The notes beneath the pieces are model-generated. The model saw only the letters and a program-made list of their open reading frames with translations. It searched no databases and was not told where the DNA came from. DNA of 32,000 bases, taken from contig NZ_CP032551.1 in assembly GCF_009734345.1 (NCBI RefSeq), positions 330,001-362,000 on the forward strand. Reading direction: 5' to 3'. The position numbers and the translations under genes were made by a program. Source of the stretch: Pseudidiomarina andamanensis (GTDB lineage: Bacteria; Pseudomonadota; Gammaproteobacteria; Enterobacterales; Alteromonadaceae). This document shows positions 26,479 to 32,000 of this stretch, in pieces (positions within the stretch are counted from its first letter, which is position 1; the number at the start of each line of letters is the position of its first letter).

Positions 26479-27612
26479 ATGCTGCCATTTCAGCTTATTA
26501 CCACCCATGCTGACTTGCTCGCTTTCTGCGAGCAAGCTCGGCAAGCGCCTTATCTCGCTCTTGATACTGAATTTGTTCGCACGCGCACTTATTATGCCCG
26601 TTTGGGTTTACTACAGGTACGCGCGGCTGATCAGTTAGTGTTGATTGATCCCACCTCAGGCGTTGACCTAGAGCCGTTTTGGCAATTGCTCAAAGATCCC
26701 AACGTGCATGTTGTGATACATGCTGGCGGCGAAGATTACGAAATCTTGGCGCAAAACATGGGGCAAATTCCGACCCATATCTTCGATACTCAGATTGCAG
26801 CAGCTTTTGCGGGGCATGGCGAAGCGATGGGGTATGCGGCGATGGTCAAGCATTACGACGATGTTGAACTCGATAAGTCGCAATCGCGAACCGATTGGTT
26901 ACAGCGACCATTGTCGGCCGAGCAACTCGATTATGCTGCTGCCGATGTGTTCTATTTACATGATATTTATCCACGCTTACGCGCTGAGCTCAGTGACGAG
27001 AAAATTGCATTAGTGGAAGCCGAGAGCGCAGAGCAGGTAATTCGTCGAGCGCAGCAAGTGCCGCCGCAGTGGTTGTATTTGTTTTTTGGTAATGCCTGGC
27101 AATGCAATCAACAGCAACTGGCCGTGTTGCGTGAGTTAATGATGTGGCGTTTAGAGCGCGCGAAGAAGTCAGACATTCCGCTCGGCTTCGTGGCGAAAGA
27201 CCACACCTTACTTGAGCTGGCGCGTCGCATGCCAGAGAATCTGGGGCACTTGCGTGGTATTACCGACTTATCGCCGGTTACAATTCGTTATGCGGGCGAG
27301 TCATTACTCGCCGCCGTTCGAAAAGGGCAGGCAGTAGAGAGTTTTCCAGCACTACTTGAACGTCTGACGGATATGCGTGGTTACAAGCCAGTATTCAATG
27401 CCATTAAGCAAGCAGTAGCGGCCTTAGCAAAAGAGCTAGGCGTCGAGCCGGGCTTAATTGCATCGCGCCGCCAAATCAATGATGTGATTCATTGGGAATG
27501 GCAAATACCTGCCGCTGCCAAGTCAGACCTGTCACTCCCTGACTTGTACCGAAGCTGGCGAGGGGCTAAGCTGAAAGCATCTTTGGAAGCGATATTACAG
27601 CGAGATCGTTAA
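26479..27612 (+). CDS. rnd: Ribonuclease D
   Basis: LALDTEFVRTRTYYARLGLLQV (DEDD exonuclease), YAAADVFYL, and an HRDC region. It lies downstream of fadD, as in E. coli. Confidence 0.92.
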   Translation: MLPFQLITTHADLLAFCEQARQAPYLALDTEFVRTRTYYARLGLLQVRAADQLVLIDPTSGVDLEPFWQLLKDPNVHVVIHAGGEDYEILAQNMGQIPTHIFDTQIAAAFAGHGEAMGYAAMVKHYDDVELDKSQSRTDWLQRPLSAEQLDYAAADVFYLHDIYPRLRAELSDEKIALVEAESAEQVIRRAQQVPPQWLYLFFGNAWQCNQQQLAVLRELMMWRLERAKKSDIPLGFVAKDHTLLELARRMPENLGHLRGITDLSPVTIRYAGESLLAAVRKGQAVESFPALLERLTDMRGYKPVFNAIKQAVAALAKELGVEPGLIASRRQINDVIHWEWQIPAAAKSDLSLPDLYRSWRGAKLKASLEAILQRDR

Positions 27613-27614
27613 TC

Positions 27615-27896
27615 ATGTTGTGTGCGATTTATCGCAGCCCACGTCGGGCTGATACCTATCTTTACATGCCGCACCCTGCGGACTTTACAAAAATCCCTGA
27701 ACCTTTGCAGAAAAGCTTTGGTCAACCTATACACGTGATGACCATTGCGCTAAAAGCCGAGCGCAAATTGGCACGATTGAGCGTTGAGGAGTTAACCAAG
27801 CACCTCAATGAAGCGGGATTTTATTTGCAGATGCCACCGAAAGAAGAAAATTTATTGGCGACGCATAAGCAACAACAAAAGGAGTCTGCGTCATGA
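27615..27896 (+). CDS. ycgL: YcgL-domain protein
   Basis: CAIYRSPRRADTYLYMP...DFTKIPEPLQKSFGQP...GFYLQMPP matches E. coli YcgL. Confidence 0.85.
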   Translation: MLCAIYRSPRRADTYLYMPHPADFTKIPEPLQKSFGQPIHVMTIALKAERKLARLSVEELTKHLNEAGFYLQMPPKEENLLATHKQQQKESAS

Positions 27897-28891
27897 TTCA
27901 AGTAGTCCGTAACTTAACTTTAGCCGTCATTTTTATGGCAGTGCCTTGGCTGGCGGTGGCAGAAGAAAATGCCGAGAAGGGCGAAGAGGGCTTTACCGCC
28001 TATGTTGAGCAGATTAAACAAGAAGCGCTTGCAGATGGTTACAAAGCTGAGACGTTAGAGACGGCTTTTGCCGGCGTTCAGTTTTACCAACGCTCAGTGA
28101 AAGCGGATCGCAATCAACCAGAATTCAAACTGACTCTGGATACCTATTTACCGCGCGCAGTGCCTGAGTGGAAGGCAAAGAAAGCGGTAGAAATGTACGA
28201 GCAGCATCGGGAACTTCTCGAGAAAATTGGCTCAGAGTACGGCGTTCAACCGCGCTTTATTGTGGCGTTATGGGGAATTGAGACAAACTTTGGTTCATTT
28301 ACTGGTGGTATGGATGTTATTTCAGCTTTAACCACCATGGCCTATGAGGGGCGTCGTGAAGCGTTCTTCAAAAAAGAGCTATGGCATGCCCTGACCATTG
28401 TTGAAGAAGGCCACATTCCAATTGAGCAAATGAAAGGCTCTTGGGCTGGTGCGATGGGCCAGGCACAGTTTATGCCGAGTTCATTTATGTCGTACGCGGT
28501 GGATTATGATGGCGACGGTCGTAAAGACATTTGGGGTTCGCAAGGTGATGTGTTTGCCTCGGCCGCAAATTACTTGAAATCGGTTGGCTGGCGTGACGAT
28601 GTGACGTGGGGCCGTCAGGTGCAACTGCCTGAAGAATTTGATACTGAGTTAGCGTCATTGAATGTGAAAAAGCCATTATCTGAATGGCAAGAACTTGGCG
28701 TACGTCGCTATGATGGTGGTGATTTGCCGCAGCGCGACGACATTGAAGCATCGGTTGTGATACCAGACGACAAACAAGGTCGTGTGTTTTTAGCGTACAA
28801 CAACTATGACGCTTTAATGCGTTGGAACCGCTCACATTATTTTGTGGCCGCGGTAGGGTATTTGTCTGATCGTATTCGTTTCCCGAGGTAA
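27893..28891 (+). CDS. Lytic murein transglycosylase (MltB/Slt35-like, soluble)
   Basis: Signal peptide with no lipobox. Catalytic-Glu motif ALWGIETNFG, GAMGQAQFMPSSF, and DYDGDGRKDIW. Confidence 0.85.
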   Translation: MIQVVRNLTLAVIFMAVPWLAVAEENAEKGEEGFTAYVEQIKQEALADGYKAETLETAFAGVQFYQRSVKADRNQPEFKLTLDTYLPRAVPEWKAKKAVEMYEQHRELLEKIGSEYGVQPRFIVALWGIETNFGSFTGGMDVISALTTMAYEGRREAFFKKELWHALTIVEEGHIPIEQMKGSWAGAMGQAQFMPSSFMSYAVDYDGDGRKDIWGSQGDVFASAANYLKSVGWRDDVTWGRQVQLPEEFDTELASLNVKKPLSEWQELGVRRYDGGDLPQRDDIEASVVIPDDKQGRVFLAYNNYDALMRWNRSHYFVAAVGYLSDRIRFPR

Positions 28892-28897
28892 GCACGT

Positions 28898-29542
28898 ATG
28901 GGATTACAACCGCCAAGCAAAATTGTCTGTGTGGGCCGCAACTATGTGGATCATGCCGCTGAATTAAATAACCCCGTGCCGACTCGGCCGTTGTTATTTA
29001 TGAAGCCGCCGTCGTCCATTACACGCCTGCCAGAGGTGCGTATTCCAACGGATCAAGGCGAATGCCAGCACGAGATTGAATTGGCAGTTTATATCGGTAT
29101 TCCACTGCGCAAAGCGACGCCTGAGCAAGCCATAAAAGCCATTGCGGGATACGGTGTCGCGCTCGATTTAACGCTGCGTCAGGTGCAAAGCGAATTAAAA
29201 GCACAAGGCCAACCGTGGGAGCGAGCGAAGGCATTCGATGGCTCCTGTGTACTCGGGCCGATGGTTGGGCGCGTTGAGTTTAATTCGGATGCTGATTTTG
29301 ACATTGCGTTGTCAGTGAATGGCGAACGTCGGCAGCACGGCAAATCAAGCGAGATGATTTTTACTATTGCCGACTTGCTCGCGGATATTTCACAGCAATT
29401 CACGCTAGTACCGGGTGATGTGGTATTGACTGGCACGCCTGCGGGTGTTGCCGCATTAAGCTTAGGCGATGAACTTGAACTAACTCTCAAAAACGACACA
29501 CAACAGTGGCAATGGGCCGGTGTTGTGCGTGCCGCCGAGTAA
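28898..29542 (+). CDS. ycgM: Fumarylacetoacetate hydrolase family protein (YcgM-like)
   Basis: KIVCVGRNYVDHAAE, HEIELAVYIG and PGDVVLTGTPAGV. Confidence 0.85.
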   Translation: MGLQPPSKIVCVGRNYVDHAAELNNPVPTRPLLFMKPPSSITRLPEVRIPTDQGECQHEIELAVYIGIPLRKATPEQAIKAIAGYGVALDLTLRQVQSELKAQGQPWERAKAFDGSCVLGPMVGRVEFNSDADFDIALSVNGERRQHGKSSEMIFTIADLLADISQQFTLVPGDVVLTGTPAGVAALSLGDELELTLKNDTQQWQWAGVVRAAE

Positions 29543-29545
29543 GCC

Positions 29546-30004
29546 GTGAGCGGTCATTTTTGGGAAGCCAAAGCATTACACGAATTAACCCACGAGGAGT
29601 GGGAGAGTCTTTGTGATGGCTGTGGCAAGTGTTGCTTGCACAAACTCATTGACGAAGCTGACAACGAAGAAGTGATTCATTACACCGACGTTAGCTGTCG
29701 ATTACTCGATACCAAAACGGCGCAGTGCAGTGATTACGCCAACCGCAAACAACATGTGCCGGACTGCGTCGTCATTACCCCTGAAAACGTTCATGATTTG
29801 GATTACATGCCGACCAGTTGTGCGTATCGGCGTTTAGCTGAGGGACGTGGGTTGGCGTCATGGCATCCGCTTTACCATGCCGGCTCCCGGGCACCAATGA
29901 TTGCCACTGGCATGAGCGCAGCAGGCTTAATCGACAATGAAGACGCAGTAGAAGAAGACCTTGAACTTCGTATTGTGACTTGGCCGCTACGCGATACCAA
30001 TTAA
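29546..30004 (+). CDS. ycgN: YcgN (UPF0260) Cys-cluster protein
   Basis: FWEAKALHELTHEEWESLCDGCGKCCLHKL and MPTSCAYRRLAEGRGLASWHPL match E. coli YcgN. GTG start. Confidence 0.85.
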   Translation: MSGHFWEAKALHELTHEEWESLCDGCGKCCLHKLIDEADNEEVIHYTDVSCRLLDTKTAQCSDYANRKQHVPDCVVITPENVHDLDYMPTSCAYRRLAEGRGLASWHPLYHAGSRAPMIATGMSAAGLIDNEDAVEEDLELRIVTWPLRDTN

Positions 30005-30522
30005 ACCGTTTTGAATTTCACCAAGCGCGCTAGCAGAACAGCAACACCGATTATGGTGTAGGTTGCAAAGATAACCTGCATCCAACCTGGCATGCTTAAG
30101 CCGATAAACTGCCAGTCAATTTCCCCACATTGCCCAGGGGCAGCAAAGAAATTCGGAAACCATTCATGCAGCGGCATCCAGCTAGGAAAGTTTGGGAAGG
30201 TGTCGCAAACAATAAACCATGAGTTTTCTGAGTTTTGAATTTCGAGATGCTCGCGCGCAATCAGCCAGCCCCAAATAGAAGCCACTAACCAACCCGCAAA
30301 ACCCAGCACTCGCGTGATCAGTAATTGCGGTGCGAATAGCGGAATTAATGCGGCTAAACCAATGGCTAGCACGGCGGTGCGTTGATAAATACATTTTACA
30401 CAGGGCTCTAAGCCAAGTTGATATTGAAAAAATAAAGCCGCAGCTAACAATGCAAAGCATGACGCTGAAAGAATTGCCCAGGCCTTTCGTTGTGCCGGGA
30501 GTTTGGCTAAAAAAGTTACCAT
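30001..30522 (-). CDS. dsbB: Disulfide bond formation protein B
   Basis: Four TM segments, a PCVKCIYQR CxxC pair and a second Cys pair (CDTF...GQCGEIDW). It is adjacent to fadR, as in E. coli. Confidence 0.9.
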   Translation of the reverse strand: MVTFLAKLPAQRKAWAILSASCFALLAAALFFQYQLGLEPCVKCIYQRTAVLAIGLAALIPLFAPQLLITRVLGFAGWLVASIWGWLIAREHLEIQNSENSWFIVCDTFPNFPSWMPLHEWFPNFFAAPGQCGEIDWQFIGLSMPGWMQVIFATYTIIGVAVLLARLVKFKTV

Positions 30523-30608
30523 AAAATCACCGCCTTATAATTATTTGCCAAGAACGATACCTGAGCCTAAATTGATTGTCGATAAGATTGGGTTAAGAAG
30601 CTTTACAA

Positions 30609-30625
30609 AACTTGTCCGACCATTG
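30609..30625 (-). promoter_or_regulatory. Candidate FadR operator in the dsbB-fadR intergenic region (possible autoregulation)
   Basis: The minus strand reads CAATGGTCGGACAAGTT. It has the same TGGTCGGA core as the fadD site and overlaps the putative fadR -35 element. Confidence 0.45.
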
Positions 30626-30641
30626 AAAAGACTGGTAGAAT
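30612..30641 (+). promoter_or_regulatory. Candidate fadR promoter with an extended -10
   Basis: TTGTCC, an 18-nt spacer, then TAGAAT (30636-30641) preceded by TGg (30633-30635). It lies about 68 nt upstream of the fadR ATG. Confidence 0.35.
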
Positions 30642-30708
30642 CAAGCAACTGATTATAACAAATAGTAACCCTACATTAGGTAACGTTATTCAAAATACAG
30701 GCCACTTC

Positions 30709-31419
30709 ATGATTATTAAGGCACAAAGTCCAGCAGGTTTTGCCGAGGAATATATCGTAAAATCAATCTGGAACGGGCATTTTGCACCCGGCACTATCTT
30801 ACCAGCAGAGCGTGAGTTGTCCGAGCTGATTGGTGTTACCCGTACGACCTTGCGCGAAGTGTTGCAGCGTCTTGCCCGAGATGGTTGGTTAACTATTCAG
30901 CACGGCAAGCCAACGCGCGTCAACAATTTCTGGGAAACCTCAGGTCTGAATATCCTCGAAACGTTAGCGCGCCTTGATGAAGATGGCATGCCAGAATTGG
31001 TCGATCAGTTATTGTCTGCTCGCACCAATATTAGTGCTATCTATATTCGTCAAGCGGTTCGCAATGCACCAGAGAAGGTTGTCGAGTTATTGAAAGAAGC
31101 CGAGTCACTCGAAGACTCAGCTGAAGCCTTTAGCCAGTACGATTACCGTTTGAATCACGATTTAGCGCTGGCATCGGGCAATCCAATCTACGTATTGGTA
31201 TTGAACGGTTTCAAAGGATTGTATTCGCGCATCGGTAACTTCTATTTCTCTAACGCGGATGCTCGTAAATTGGCACGTAAATACTACGCAGACCTCAGTG
31301 AAATGGCCGCCGATTCGCGTCGTGATGATGCGGTATTACTGGTTCGTGAGTATGGTTACCAGTCTGGCCGTATTTGGCACGGCATGCGTGGTGATATTCC
31401 TGCTAACCTAGTTGAGTAA
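30709..31419 (+). CDS. fadR: Fatty acid metabolism regulator FadR (GntR family)
   Basis: [69 protein letters not shown] is nearly identical to the E. coli FadR N-terminus. At 236 aa it has no Vibrio-type insertion. Confidence 0.97.
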   Translation: MIIKAQSPAGFAEEYIVKSIWNGHFAPGTILPAERELSELIGVTRTTLREVLQRLARDGWLTIQHGKPTRVNNFWETSGLNILETLARLDEDGMPELVDQLLSARTNISAIYIRQAVRNAPEKVVELLKEAESLEDSAEAFSQYDYRLNHDLALASGNPIYVLVLNGFKGLYSRIGNFYFSNADARKLARKYYADLSEMAADSRRDDAVLLVREYGYQSGRIWHGMRGDIPANLVE

Positions 31420-31444
31420 AGTTGAATAAAGTCGATTAAAGAAG

Positions 31445-31472
31445 TTGTCGAGTAACAGGCGTTACTCGACAA
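31445..31472. terminator. Hairpin between convergent fadR and the OYE reductase gene (probable bidirectional terminator)
   Basis: TTGTCGAGTAAC-AGGC-GTTACTCGACAA forms a perfect 12-bp stem. The flanking U-runs are weak. Confidence 0.5.
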
Positions 31473-31486
31473 GCCTTCATTCCGAT

Positions 31487-32000
31487 TTATTCGACGCCTT
31501 GTTGAGCACGCCACTTCCACTCGTTTTCCAACGTGGCTTTTGGTAATAACATTTGAAAATCCAAATCAGCCAAGGTGTCACCTGCTTTAAAACGCTCCGG
31601 GAAGTCTGGGTTCGCTAACGCTTTTTTACCTAACGCCAGCAGTGCATTTGGGAATTGCGCGGCGTAGTCTGCGTAGTTGGTCTCATCAATACCGCCATTG
31701 ATAATCAAACCAACGTTCGTTTCAGCCGCAACCACCTCGGCCAGTGTCTTCTTACTGTTATCAGCAAAGGGCTTGCGGTCAACTGTGGTGTCCGTGGTAT
31801 GAATAAAATCAACGCCGGCATCGGTTAACACACGCACTAACTTCACCGCAGCAGCTTCGCCTTCAGGCCATTGATAGTCATTGTCAGTGACCGTGATTTG
31901 CCCAATTCGGATGCCGACGACAAAGTTGTCACTGACGGCGTTTCGAACAGCACGAACCACGCGTTCAACAAACGCGATTCGCTTGTCGAGCGAACCACCG
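31487..32000 (-). CDS. NADH:flavin oxidoreductase, Old Yellow Enzyme family; C-terminal part only, with the 5' end beyond the window
   Basis: The reading frame stays open to the window edge. The last codons read GGSLDKRIAFVERVVRAVRNAV, which fits the OYE YGGSxENRxRF motif, and VGIRI and INGGI are also present. Confidence 0.7.
   Translation of the reverse strand, partial: GGSLDKRIAFVERVVRAVRNAVSDNFVVGIRIGQITVTDNDYQWPEGEAAAVKLVRVLTDAGVDFIHTTDTTVDRKPFADNSKKTLAEVVAAETNVGLIINGGIDETNYADYAAQFPNALLALGKKALANPDFPERFKAGDTLADLDFQMLLPKATLENEWKWRAQQGVE

Overview
Mostly core-genome chromosomal window from a gammaproteobacterium. The gene order matches Enterobacterales/Alteromonadales-type synteny; the exact taxon cannot be determined from this sequence. 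No rRNA, tRNA, CRISPR array, transposase, integrase or phage gene is supportable.

Contents, left to right:
1. A compact RiPP-like operon at 170-2243. It encodes a Sec-signal precursor with seven Cys-Gly sites (six in EGKCG repeats), a DUF692/MNIO (MbnB/HvfB/BufB-type) enzyme, a DUF2063 (MbnC/HvfC/BufC-type) partner, and a 41-aa membrane peptide that is below the ORF-track length cutoff.
2. A stand-alone REC response regulator, followed by the conserved block apt-dnaX-ybaB-recR-htpG-adk. dnaX carries an A10 tract, and both alternative frames close within 2-4 codons of it. A consensus sigma-32 promoter precedes htpG.
3. A translationally coupled MAPEG / alpha-beta hydrolase / SufS-CsdA-like / NorM unit.
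4. A complete minus-strand hisGDCBHAF(IE) operon with a His-rich leader peptide and an attenuator terminator.
5. A his/yoaA divergent control region framed by inverted arrays of a CGAATAA-type heptamer.
6. yoaA-tsaB-slp(yeaY-like)-hydrolase-fadD-rnd-ycgL-murein transglycosylase-ycgM-ycgN, then convergent dsbB, divergent fadR, and a truncated OYE-family flavin reductase.

The most interesting system is the EGKCG-repeat precursor with its MNIO and DUF2063 partners. It is predicted to make a secreted copper-binding peptide in which Cys residues are converted to heterocycle/thioamide groups. The heptamer arrays and the dnaX recoding site are the next most interesting features.
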